NCBI GenBank assembly: GCA_030141605.1
Contig: JAQGDQ010000001.1
Location: 930,001 to 994,000, forward strand
DNA from: Tubiluchus corallicola
Taxonomy: Eukaryota; Animalia; Priapulida
Length of the DNA: 64,000 nucleotides
Direction of reading: 5' to 3'
The stretch's first letter is position 1, and each line of letters opens with the position of its first letter. Shown here piece by piece: positions 1-12,308 of the stretch. Under the pieces are notes generated by a model. It was not told where the DNA came from and did not search any database. It was given only the letters and a program-made list of their open reading frames with translations. Both the position numbers and the translations under genes were made by a program.

Positions 1-87
1 TATAAAAATACAAAGCAATTTATCACCAAGGTCCCATTAACATTCATTTTTGCATTTTTAACATAGGATAAACAAAAAATAACACAC

Positions 88-265
88 CATCACACACAAG
101 CCAAGCTGACCATTCCGCTTCTGCAGAAGATGTGGAGGATGATGATGGCTGGCCATTCGGATGTTTTAACCTCAGTAGATTAACTAATGGAATTCTTTCT
201 GCTAGATACCCTACTGCAGTATATGGCTCCTGAACTTGAGCAACTGGATATATTCCAGCCAAAAC
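88..265 (-). CDS. GNL1: GNL1 coding exon 10
   Basis: tttag|GTTTTG...GATG|gtgtgt; VLAGIYPVAQVQEPYTAVGYLAERIP...WSAWLVCD. Confidence 0.88.
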
Positions 266-3200
266 CTAAACAATAAAATAATTAGTATATATTTAATATA
301 GAAAAGTGATGTAGAATATAGTGACATACATAATATAGAAAACTTGAAAATATAATAGTTAGTGATATGGTTTAGTATTGTTTAGAAATATTTACAAGCA
401 AAAGCTTCATAGCACTGAAATCAGGAATTTCCTTAACGAGCAACCTAACTTTATCCTTAGTTCTTAAACTCTATGACAATATCAGAGTGCAATCGAAAGT
501 TGCATTTCAAGTTTTATTATGATAGCACTACCATGCAACTATGTTCGACATTTAAAAGTTTATAACTTTGACATTCTGCAATAAAAGTTCCACATTCTCG
601 CATGAGCTGCACTACAAGCAGCTTATTTATTATTATATTATGTTACAAATTGAAGTAAAATGTAATGTGTTTCATCAAAAGCCAACCTAATTGCACTAAA
701 TCCATCAAAACATTACTTTGATTAAATTAACTATTTTTACATCTTCCTCCTTCCTTTATTTATTATCTGTTGCTGTGCACCATTATACTTTCTCCTATTA
801 AAATTGAATAACATACTTGTAGTGGTTTTTCCACAATTGAAGGGAAAACGAGCCCAGGTGAGTCAACCAAGCGAACCGTTGGTGTGAGAAATATCGTTTG
901 GAAATGTTTGGTGTGACCGGGCGTCCGTGATACACTCACTACTTTGTTACCAACAAGTGCATTTAATAAAGATGACTTGCCAACATTTGGATGCCCTATT
1001 CATAAAAAATGGTTTTACTTTTCACATACCGCTAAAAATGCCAAAAACCCCTGTTTGTACATTAATTTGTTACAAAATTTTTACTGTCTTTTTTTAGCCA
1101 AATCACTATTATTTTTGCAACCACACAGCCTCATCTTAAATTAGATAAGATTAGAATGAAATAGGAATATGCCAGAATCAGCACCATTACTAAAATAAGT
1201 GCTGGCTTATGAAATGCTGAACTAAATAAAGTATATTGTAAACTAAACACAGTTTGTTTCAAAGACCAAAAAAAATTATATTTCTAATAATACTAGGAAT
1301 ACAAATTACAATGACTAGTAGATTTTTCTAACTTTCCTCACCTACACAACCTATAGATAGGATTTTATTCTTAAACATCTCATGCTCTGATGGTGGGCAT
1401 GGAACGTCATTCGTTTCACTGACTACAGCTTCAGTTTCATGTGTTTCACAATTTTCATCCAGCTCCATCTGTACATCAATCCTGTCATACCAACTAGACA
1501 AATCAACTGCAAGAAAATATTTTTATGTACATTATTGCATTATAGATTGCACAGTGTTATTGGCATTTTGTAATAGTAAAGTAATTCCCAGTACAAGAAG
1601 TTAAAGTAATGATGCAATGATGTAAGACAATAAATTTAAGGATGCATTCTGATTTACTGCTTTCTTAAATAAGAGGCATTATTATAAGTTAGGCGAAAAG
1701 AGTAACTACATTCACCTATAATATAAGTCAGCTCTGCCAATAAATAGATTCTAGTTTGCAGACTATTTAAATTGATTCCAATTTATATAAAGGTAAAGAC
1801 AGTAGTATTATTTAATAGGCCTATCTGCAGAAAATAATGCAGTTATTTTTACTACCTTGTCCTTTAATAATCTCTTCACAAGCTTTACACAGTTCCTTAG
1901 GCCCTAAAGAAAGATAACTTCTCTTGCCCTTAGGTCTCTTTTTGTGGAACACTAAAATGTAAAAAAAAACAAAAAACAAATGTAATTTATACACTTTTAG
2001 ATGAAACTAACTACGATATGATACTTTTTCTCAACGTTATGATACGATAAATTATTTCGAGCGATAAAAGCGATGCTGAAGTTAGAAAATTTATGCAACA
2101 ACAGAAAAAGTATCTCTAATAATTAAACCATTTAAGCAACTATTACGTGACTACGACGAAATTTTCTGCTTCATTGTTATAATGATTCATAAATAAGCAA
2201 GCTGCAATAGGTATCTAGATTACTATGATATAAAGATTTATCTATGCAAGCTGCACAATTACACATGTCTGTGACGATGACACCAAAAATACAGTACACT
2301 GTATTCGGCATCTGCAAGCTTGTGTGATTCAGAATCAAAATAAAGATAACTGCTAACACAAAGCGAAACTGCAACTGCATGCATCTGACAAGCTTATAAT
2401 TTTAAATAATCCTTTTTATCCACTGTTTTGCTTAATTCCTGTAAGTAAATTGAAAAGCAAAGTAAAGTGATTTTACAAAGGTAAGCGATAAGCAACGATA
2501 CAAGCCAAAATCGATACGATAACGATATACCTATAATGATATCGATACGATAACTATAAAAACAAATTTTTTGTATCGATACGACATTTGATAATTATCG
2601 ATACATATCTTGTCCTTAGCATTCCTAGCTTAATAATCATAAAGCAAAAGGGGTAAATCTGTGAGCACATAAAAAACATGGTATCTTAAATGTGAATGAA
2701 TGGCTGTCTATGAAGGAGACATTGCTGGAAAACTGTGAAGCAAAAGCACACTAATTGTCCTAAAATATTATTTAACCCTTTCACTATGGAGTCACCCAGG
2801 TCTGTTTATTTCACTGCTACGGCCATGAAAAACATTGTAGAAAAGTTTACCAGCCGTGGAATTAGGGTTGCTTTGCAACAAGTAATGCTAACCAGCCAAT
2901 CAGCATCTGAAGTCAGGTGCATTGCAGAATATTCTACTGTATGGTATGTTACTATGCAAAATCATTTGATATCGCTGATGAGATGCATGTTTAGTTGATT
3001 ATTCTGCATTATAAAATGATTGCATATTAAGGATTAGCATTGCGTCTTTTATGAAAACTGGTTTCTAAATACAAGTACATGCTTATTTAAGGTGGTGTGC
3101 GTGCGTGCGTGGGTGTATAAATAAAACTAGTAATTAATATTAGTACTCAACAACAAACAACTATTTGTTGACTTACAAGTTTCTGTTTTAGTAACACACC

Positions 3201-6200
3201 ACAAGAAGTTCTTTTCAAATGTGAAAAGTCAATGTGGCCCAGTTAAAAAGCAACCTCGTAGTGAAAGGGCTAAACAGCAGTTTATAATAAATTTTTTTCA
3301 TGCCACTGTAATAAGAGCTACTCTGCTTAACAAATTTGCCTGTACACACATGTTATCACAAGGGTGTAGACTAGTTCTACTATGAAATTACCGTCTAACA
3401 CTGAATTTATTACAAACTAATATACTAATGAGGAAACGTATGTTTTGAGAGGTTTTAATAGTTACCTTTGGTGGGATCTGTCATTCCCCGTTCTCTTGAA
3501 TCTCTTGGAAATGAACTGAAGCATATGATGTGAACCTTTGGAAATCGCTCCTGAAAGTAATTCTTCCAAGCTGCTACTAGAGATGCCGGTGCAAGATCAA
3601 TCTTGTTCAGGACTAGAATTATGTATTTTTGCAAGTCAGCAGTCACATACTTATATAGTGCAGGAGAGAAATGTAGTACCTGCAACATTCAGAAATTACT
3701 TTTTGAGCATTTAAATATTCTAAATAACTTAAAGTGTTGTGGTTTATGAATAACTTTTGAGAATCTCATGCTTAGTTATTACAATTAACCTATTAACAAT
3801 TTGCAATTTGGCATAGCTGCATATCAATTCTATCAGGTAAACTAGATAAATCAACTGCAAGAAAACAATACTTATCACAATATACAACACTATCAGCATT
3901 TGGTAGTTTTAAGTAATGCTAGAAAAAGTTAAAGTAATGACACAATGATGCAAGACAATAAATTTAAGCATGTACACCAATTTACTACCAGTGTATGAAC
4001 TGAATCTCAATTACATAACTTTTTTTAATTTTTGATTACGCTATAAAGTGAGCAACAATGCTAATAAAGAATAATACAGGCAAAAAGTATGCTGGTAGTG
4101 TTATACACACTAATAAAAGTGTCACTGAAAGTTTGCTTACAGGAAATCTGATGTCAGTGATGAGCAAGACGATGTCAGATAATTCTAAAACCCGCCACAG
4201 CTGACGCCATGTCTCAAGATTGAGTTCAAAGTAACTCAAGTCTTCTGGCTTGAAGTCCTCATAAATTTTGTCCAAATACTTCTGCAGAATCAACACTTAT
4301 TGCCAACATACATTAAAGAATAACTAGTTGCTAGAATTATATAAGCAGCATAAAAAATAAAAGCAATTTATGAAAAGAGTTAATGTTACCAGTCATACTT
4401 TAGTACATAAACAACAAAAGGTAAATGAGTGAATTACCACAAACATTTTTTCTTCATTCTGCTCAACCTGTTCCTTGCTCATAGAATAATCCCACTTTGG
4501 ACGTTTAGGCATGTCAAGTGAAGTTCCTGGTCGATAAATATCATCCAATGACATCTCCAGATTTGTCTGCACATAGACAATCATATTAATAATTGGGTAC
4601 AATAGGAACTCGGTGACAAAAGTAACTTTACAGCAAACAAATCTCAAGATGTAAAAACTGACAATAAAAAGCAAAAAGATAAACTACTACATGTAAACTT
4701 ATGATAAAGTACTTAAGACAATAACCTAAAAATTTAGTATATGTTAAAAAATTTGCATAAACTTGCTGTTGTACTAGAAAAATTTCCTCTGCTTAGTAAA
4801 ATAGATCAGCTTAATAGGACACAACAATTAACAATAAAATCATATAACTTACCATCTTTCATAAAATGCTCATCAACTAAAGTGTAGTGGTTTATATAAA
4901 GTGAAAGTAGACCCCCCATTTATGCTCAATAAAATCAGACGTTTGTTAAGAAAAAACAGGCAGGCATACCTCAGACAAAGCTTTAAAAGGTTTGCGGGAT
5001 GTTTCTTTTCTCCTCTCAATCTCTTGTCGCGTCTCACGTTGAAAATGCAATCGATACCTTTATATAAAAGAAGTTTATGCCAAAGGTGTTTCATATACTC
5101 TTTGATAAAATTGCTTCTAAAAGACTAAGGGGAACCAAAATCTTGCAGGGAAGTCACTGTACGAATGTAGAAAAAGTGATTGTCATTTGATAATGACAAG
5201 TGATACAGGGTCCGCATGGCATATCTACCCTTTAACCATGAGTTCAATAGTTACGGCACGTTCAGGCTACAGTGTTTTCTCTCAAGAGTTCTCTCAGCGA
5301 GTAAACTCGCAAATGCGAGCGACTTTGCGAGTTCTCTTGGCAAGTTATTGCAAACTCTTTGAGAGTTGCTGAGAGTTCGCTCACGAGTTTCTTGCAGACA
5401 AGCTCTGTTCATGGCAAGAATTGTCAGAGGGACCTCTTGAGAGAAAACTCTCTAGTCTGAATGCACCGTTAGTTTCAGTTGAGCTTGCAGATTTCAAAAA
5501 TTCATAACACAAGTTAATGTTATCCACTACAAGTGTCCAAAAAATGTTCATTATAATAACTAAATTACCACATGTACACTCTCGTAGTCTAGTATACAGT
5601 TAAAATGTTAAATAGCACTAGATGTGTCCACCCACTTTCCAGTTTTGAAAAAAACTTGGAGTCAGACAGTGACATCCATAAATTTGTTTACACAGCACAA
5701 CAAACACTAGACCCGATGCTTTTATTTCAATAGTTGATTTCTATAATTTTCTGATGGAATACCAGTTCACCTCATACTAAGTACACCATGTTATTAAGTG
5801 ATGCTTAGCAGTAACAAAAATGAGATTTTAGTTTAATTTTCGTTTACATTACCAAGCACTGCTCTAAATGTAAAAACATTTTTGCACAAATTCAGCACAA
5901 ATGTATTCTTGATGCATTAGCTACACAAATAGTGAAAAAAATCAAATAACTAGTTTACGAGTACTGTTATACTATAAAGACATGCGTGTACAACTGCGCT
6001 ATAGTTACTGTGGTACATCTTGCGAGAATTTTCTTAAAAATAATGAAAAAAGCAGGAATAGTCACAGAAAACTGACTGAGATTTCTGTTCTATAAGCTAC
6101 ATGTATACGCGATTAAATAACTTTCAAGTAGATATTAGATGCCAATGCTTGTCTTATGATGCCAGTGCTTTTACAGTATGCAAATCCCTTTAATGATGAT

Positions 6201-9200
6201 TTGAAACAACAAGTGAACAACACAATAGCGAGTTAAGCTCAAGAGCTTTCTCATTGACCTTGTATGCAGTTCTTGTGGTTTAACGAGTAAACCCCAACGT
6301 TTTTAAAGTTTCGACAAACAATTAATAGATTAAAGCAGATTTTTGAATATCTGTAAAGAAGAAAATAAACATAAAAGTGTCATTATAGGCATCAACTATT
6401 ATAAGACATACCTATTTGGATCATATTTGTTATGGCTGTCTTCTTCTGTCGGTTGTTCATTGATCTTTTTTATGTCAGTGATGGAAAGGCTTTCACTCGT
6501 ATCGGTGTCAGATTCTCCTGCATCAGAGCTGGCATGATCGGGTATACTCTCCAACATTGTTGCTCGTGAAATTGGTTCATGTGGTCGCTGATAGTCGCTA
6601 TCTGCAACAGAACGCAAGAAAATGCAATAGAACACAAGCAATGACAGATTAGTTCATTTGCCACATTTAATTAAAGAAGGAATGTCACCAAAATTAAGTT
6701 GAGCTTGAATAACTCGCAAACATATTACAAATACAAATAGATTATGTTCTAAATGCAGATTTCATTCTTAAGATGACTTGACAAAAGCTCGGATAAAATT
6801 ACATGCAAAACGAACATTTAACTAATCCGCCAATGAAAACGAAGCTCTCGTGGCAAAACTGCTGTATTTTTTTATTTTTTTGTATTACAGTTGACTTGGC
6901 ATCAAAATGCTTACATTTGTTCATTATCTAGCAAGCACATCAGGGCACACTCAATACAGTATTTTATGCAGCTTATACCTTGCGAGAGCATCACAGTATC
7001 GTAGTAGCATAATATACTAGGGCCAGCATGCAAGATTTGTTCGCTTTCAGGGAATGTGATTGTTCTTACTGAAAAACAACCTGTGGAAAGGGTTATGCTT
7101 TAAAACAGTAGGCCTAATAACTCTTCTCCAAAGTTAATAATTAGGTGGGTTACTGATGCTCCAATTCAAACGTATATAAGAACTGCCGACAGTTGACTCA
7201 AAAACTCTGCATAATCGATTAAATTTTTTGCCTCAGGTACTTAAAATACGACATTTGAGTGTGATCAACAATTTTTACTACTTTTGTCATCATTACTTCC
7301 CTTTTGTGCATTGTACTATAGTACACTTGTAGAAACAATCATGTTAAGTACGGTTTTTCTTTGAAAGCAGTTACGTTTATTATGCCCTAATATGGTAGCT
7401 TGCAGTTTTGCTTTGAATCTGTCACAAGTTCATCTGCTACAATTAACATCATTGCCCAAGAATCTATGGAAGCTAACCTTTCAATCACATACTTAGTGGT
7501 TTGTTTTTGAAGCGCTTGCTGTTTTTCACAAAACGTTTAATCAGTTAACTGTTGGTGTTATGCCATCAATGCAGTGGCAGTAATCTGCCAGTATTCTTTG
7601 CGACTTCACAAGTGTAAATATCATATCATAGAACAACTAAGAGCAGAGTTAATTTTGAAAAGTACAATAGAACATTTAAAGCTTCTACGGCAAGAGCAAG
7701 TGAATAGTATACTTCAATATATGTGTAACATTAAACAACCCACACACAAGAGCAAGAGTAGGTCTGCGGAACTTTGTTAACGTTGTTGTGCCAACTGAAA
7801 ATACTGTCAGTAGTATTTTGTTGTAAAGCAGTACAAATTGTAAAAGTTGGGTCTGTGTTAAAAAAGCACATTTCTTGTAAGAAAGGAGCCCGATGATAAG
7901 TTCTTCTAAAACAACTAACAAATTTATGAACGCATAGAAATTGCTAGGTAGCGTACTCCTAGTGCAATGTAATTTTATAGTGATGGCTGCATTTTATCGA
8001 TCTTGACAAAAATAAGCCTGTGTAAAAATATCACACTTCTCGTGCAAGTTTGATGGAACAATGTGAATGATTACAATGACAATCCTTTTTATCAGCAGGT
8101 TACCTATCTGAGTCAAGATCAGGTGCTGTAAGAGCACAAATATGTATCGCAAATTAGCAAGAAAGCGATTATGTTGTTAGCAAACTATGGGCTCACTACA
8201 GATGTGTGACGTCAGCAAGTGCAATGTTTCCACCGCTAGAAACCAATGAAGTGATTCGTTGTGGGTTCCGTGAGACATAAAATGTTAATTACTCATTAAT
8301 TAGACAATATATTGCTAAAAAACTTCTGTTAAGTTATTCACAGATAAGCTAACTATACAATAAGTTAAACTTCATTTATGTGAGACGTCCTTTAAGAACT
8401 ATTTAATGAAGATAGATGAAATGCAGAACTTAGCTTTTATCAAGAATGAAATACTGTAGCAGCAGCAGTATTAGTCCAGTAGACAAACCCAAGAATATGA
8501 TGTAAACATAAAAAGTAGTACGGACAAGTTCTTTTTTGCTTAATTTGTTCGTTCATTATTTGAATTTTAAGATTTTGATTAATGCTAAGCTAGCAAGGTT
8601 GGGCATTTTTTGTTAAATGGTTCAACATATAGTTCTAGCTTATAAGTTTCAATTTTTAAAGTGACAGATACATACTCTTATTATTCAATGTAGCGTTCCA
8701 AAAATGCCCTTTTAATCTAGTTTTTGTTATAACTAAAAGAATGTGCCACAAATAAATACCAGAATATTCTGCATTACAAAATTGCGAGATTCTTATAATA
8801 AAAACCCGTATTTCACTATCAAGCTTCACTATCACTATCACTATTACAATACTAGTGTAATAAACTATACATCAAAAAACCATATTGACAAGCACCTGAA
8901 GAGGACTGAAAGTGATGCCCCAAAATCTAAAAGAGAGCCTGCTCTTAAAGTATGTTCATGCTAAATATCAATTGACTTTGAAAAATGCTGTATAATTTGT
9001 GGTAATTGTATTCCAAAAGACCCAAAATATCAAACAGGTGGCACAGTGTATAGTGCAGTGCATGACTACTGAGTTGAAGTCGAAACGGCCTTGTATTATT
9101 GAATGAGATTTCTGATTTATACACTGCATATGCTCAATATCATAATGACTGATTTAAGTTTTTCACTGTACAGAGAAATGTTACCTCAGCGGTTGCATGT

Positions 9201-11049
9201 GTCGTCGGTGATAAACCTAGTTTTCATGATGATGTAGCTTTAAAAAGTGTCATAATGATAATAAAAAAAGGTCCAAAAAATATAGAATTCAAGTGAAGTC
9301 TATGATATCTATTCAAGAAAGCTTTTAGAACCCTTCACAAGCTTAAGAGCTTTTCAAATATGAACTCTCTCCTGTACCTGCATCCTTATTTGATGAATGT
9401 GGCATGAGAAACGGCACTTTGAATGTTTTGTTGACGAGACAAGTATCATATGCTTCAATGTCTCTGGAACCAGTAAATCTAGAAATCGTTGAAGGCAGTG
9501 AGGCATTGTATCATGTAATTTGGCGAAAAACGAGTTCAGGGAAACTGCAGAGATTCGTTCTGTCACTCGTTCTCAAAGTCACACCCAACCGTATGTTGCA
9601 TTTGACGCTATGTACCAAGTTTTATCAAATCACATGAAAGGAGGCAAAGACCTGGATGACCCACTCCATGACACCACACCCTATCGGATTTGCTTCTCCC
9701 ACAACCAGACATTATGATGAAGAGAGACTACAGCAAGCAACAACTAAACAAAATACTGTGTGGCAATGGTCAGGAGTCCCATTCTGCATCTGATTGTGTG
9801 CATGAGATCATGAGCAGTTTGGCCATGAGCAACCCAATGTTAATATTGCGCATGATCTTCTCTTGCTTCACGATCCAGGTGAGGACTGATGACAATGACA
9901 TCTTTGTGCTTCTTGTATACAATGTACAGAAACACAAAATCGGCACATAGTCTCAATGAAGAAATATGACGTAAACTTATCAAGACCAATGAAACAGCTG
10001 TGAAACTTGGTGATAAATGTACAAGCAGTGTTGCCACTTCATTCTTTGATAGGCTGTGACTCCACCTCATATCCCTTTGGAAAAGGGAAAACCAGTGCTG
10101 CTAATCTCCTGGTCAAGATTGATATCAAGTTGGACCAGATGTACAATCCTGACACACCAGAAAAATATCGCAAAGCAAGTTAGACCTGAGTTTTTGGTTC
10201 GCTCATGGAGAACCATCCAGGGACTGATCTATGCACTTCTAGTTCTGAAATCTTCAGAAAAAACTCGAAGGTGCCGAAAAAATCTCTCCTAGCATGATAA
10301 ATAGCTGGGCATAATATGGCAGATAAAACTTCATTTTCACAAGGATTTCCTGTAGTAGTCAATCCAGTCACTCATTTATTTAATGATCAGGTTGGTTTAA
10401 TCATTACTTAACTTCAGTTCCTAAGTATACATTGTGACGACCAAGGTATTCCCTTCACTCCTCCTAATGATACTAGTAAAATTACTGCTACAAAATAATA
10501 CTGAATGCTAAATAAAGTTCATTTAGCAAGGATTTTGGTTCTCTGAATTGATATACTAGTGACACAGATTTTAGCAGATATAAAAAGATACTGTCTACCA
10601 ACTAGTATCTTAGTGTTGCTTAAAAGTAAAAAATTATTTTCTTACACAGTTGTTTTATGAGTTCAGCAAGTACCGGGCTATACGTCAGCACGGAACAGTT
10701 AAGTAGATTGTCAACAAAAACAGCCACCTTATTGATATTTAATCAATAAGCTATTTGATTATATTCAAAAACAGGTTTGACATTTTGTTTGATTCAATTT
10801 GAAAACGAAAATCTGAAGTGCAATTCAAATGTTATCTGAAAGCTATTAGGCATATATTTTGAATTCGACTTCTATGTGGAATTCGATGTTCTATTTGATT
10901 TTATCGATACAATACAATAATAAAAATTATTTTCTAACCATAAAATATAAACCAGGCCTACCATCACTACCATCTTGGCGTTTACGTTCTCTCTTTTCTT
11001 GTAGTTGCCTCTTCTTTTGTTTAGCACTGAAAGGTTTTTTCCTGGGCAT
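88..11049 (-). CDS. GNL1: Guanine nucleotide-binding protein-like 1 (YlqF/YawG circularly permuted GTPase), spliced, 3' end outside window
   Basis: Ten phase-compatible GT-AG exons: 11049-10962, 6601-6412, 5057-4970, 4566-4438, 4281-4141, 3679-3466, 1951-1856, 1506-1342, 995-817, 265-88. Begins MPRKKPFSAKQKK; contains FELNLETWRQLWRVLE, and G4 NKID precedes G1 GHPNVGKS, G2 TPGHT and G3 DSPG. Confidence 0.93.
817..995 (-). CDS. GNL1: GNL1 coding exon 9 (G1-G3 motifs)
   Basis: aatag|GGCAT...CAA|gtatgt; GHPNVGKSSLLNALVGNKVVSVSRTPGHTKHFQTIFLTPTVRLVDSPGLVFPS; absent from the ORF track. Confidence 0.95.
1342..1506 (-). CDS. GNL1: GNL1 coding exon 8
   Basis: ttgcag|TTGAT...GTAG|gtgagg; VDLSSWYDRI...ILSIGCVG leading directly into the P-loop. 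Confidence 0.9.
1856..1951 (-). CDS. GNL1: GNL1 coding exon 7
   Basis: ttttag|TGTTC...CAAG|gtagta; VFHKKRPKGKRSYLSLGPKELCKACEEIIKGQ, phase 1-1. Confidence 0.85.
2776..3269. mobile_element. piggyBac-like non-autonomous element (MITE) in GNL1 intron 6
   Basis: TTAA|CCCTTTCACTAT ... GTAGTGAAAGGG|CTAA: 12-bp TIR starting CCC, with TTAA / degenerate CTAA target site. Confidence 0.65.
3466..3679 (-). CDS. GNL1: GNL1 coding exon 6 (G4 motif)
   Basis: ttgcag|GTACTA...AAAG|gtaact; VLHFSPALY...LVLNKIDLAPASLVAAWKNYF. Confidence 0.93.
3793..3988 (-). pseudogene. Degenerate duplicate of GNL1 exon 8 5' part plus its upstream intron, in intron 5
   Basis: Aligns with ~1445-1660; retains ttcttgcag acceptor; reads VDLSSLPDRIDMQLCQIANC* versus VDLSSWYDRIDVQMELDENC. 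Confidence 0.8.
4141..4281 (-). CDS. GNL1: GNL1 coding exon 5
   Basis: ctgcag|AAGTAT...CCT|gtaagc; LSYFELNLETWRQLWRVLELSDIVLLITDIRFP. Confidence 0.95.
4438..4566 (-). CDS. GNL1: GNL1 coding exon 4
   Basis: gtgcag|ACAAAT...GTG|gtaatt; LDMPKRPKWDYSMSKEQVEQNEE. Confidence 0.92.
4970..5057 (-). CDS. GNL1: GNL1 coding exon 3
   Basis: taaag|GTATCG...GAG|gtatgc; (R)YRLHFQRETRQEIERRK; phase matches exon 2 end DPNR. Confidence 0.9.
5254..5468. mobile_element. PIF/Harbinger (Tourist-like) MITE in GNL1 intron 2
   Basis: ~40-bp imperfect TIRs (CGGCACGTTCAGGCTACAGTGTTTTCTCTCAAGAG versus reverse complement CGGTGCATTCAGACTAGAGAGTTTTCTCTCAAGAG); TTA on both flanks. Confidence 0.78.
6412..6601 (-). CDS. 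GNL1: GNL1 coding exon 2
   Basis: ttgcag|ATAGC...AATAG|gtatgt; acidic linker ending IKKINEQP...YDPNR. Confidence 0.88.
8900..10330 (+). mobile_element. Decayed Academ-like (XPG/FEN1-domain) DNA transposon remnant in GNL1 intron 1
   Basis: Frameshifted motifs: DFEKCCIICG (~8975), SDLYTAYAQYHND* (~9110), FGHEQPNVNI (~9820), IQVRTDDNDIFVLLVY (~9875), GCDSTSYPFGKGK (~10052). Ends not located; family assigned from remembered motifs. Confidence 0.6.
10962..11049 (-). CDS. GNL1: GNL1 coding exon 1
   Basis: aaaccATG; MPRKKPFSAKQKKRQLQEKRERKRQDGSD; donor gtaggc (alternative in-phase donor gtagtg after 10971). Confidence 0.88.
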
Positions 11050-11917
11050 GGTTTCTGATAATTTTTAGCTTTAACAAACATAAAACAATATGAAACAAAA
11101 TACACATTAAAAATAGTAAATGAAAAATACAGATACAAATTTAATATAAAAACGCTCTACTAAGCAATGATGTGAATTTCACATTTTTGTGCTTTATTAA
11201 TGTCTAACCAAACCCTGAAGGTATATCTCACAGATTTCAGCTTGCATTATAACTCACATTACGTTACAAAAACTAATGCAGTATTCGTTTTTAAATAATA
11301 ACCGATGTATGACTCCACGATTACAGAAACTTCGGTCAGTCCACTTGAAGTTACATTGTTTCTGTAACGTATGCGCAAAATTTAAAAATTAAATTAATTT
11401 ACGTTGATACATTTGCGTTTATCACAATTTGCGCAATAAATTTATCAACGCCATCAATCAACAGGTAGCAACGTTTTTAAATCCAGCATAACTCAAAAAG
11501 CAACAATTGTTATAATAATACGAAACAATAACAGCAATAATAATTATTTTCAACTTTTAACTAAACACGGGCGCAGACATAGAAGGATAAGAAATGTTGG
11601 TACCAGGCATATACAACTGATCCTCATTTTTATTTCGCTCTCACGTCTTCTTCTAACTCTACGGTCGCGGCCAAACCAACGATCTTCCCTGGTGTCACGC
11701 TCGCTGTTGCTAAAAGCTCCCGCATAATTTATTTGACGTGCTAAAAATAGTTATCTTGAATTTCTAGGAAAAATAGCAGAATTTAACCGAAGCCTGTTCA
11801 CTGTTCAGACTTCAGACACATACTTTTGTGCATATAAATTTTGTTTATATGCACCCTCTAAAATAACGTTTAACTGTCAGAACACGAAACTAATTTAGCA
11901 GCATATTTCATTCTAAT

Positions 11918-12308
<391 letters not shown>

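Noticed and set aside
2020-2627. Clusters of CGATACGATA motifs ending in CATTCCTA (similar blocks near 51770-52143, 54370 and 58560-58655)
   Set aside because: Probably subterminal repeats of old TAGGGATG-type non-autonomous elements, but matched ends and TSDs could not be found.
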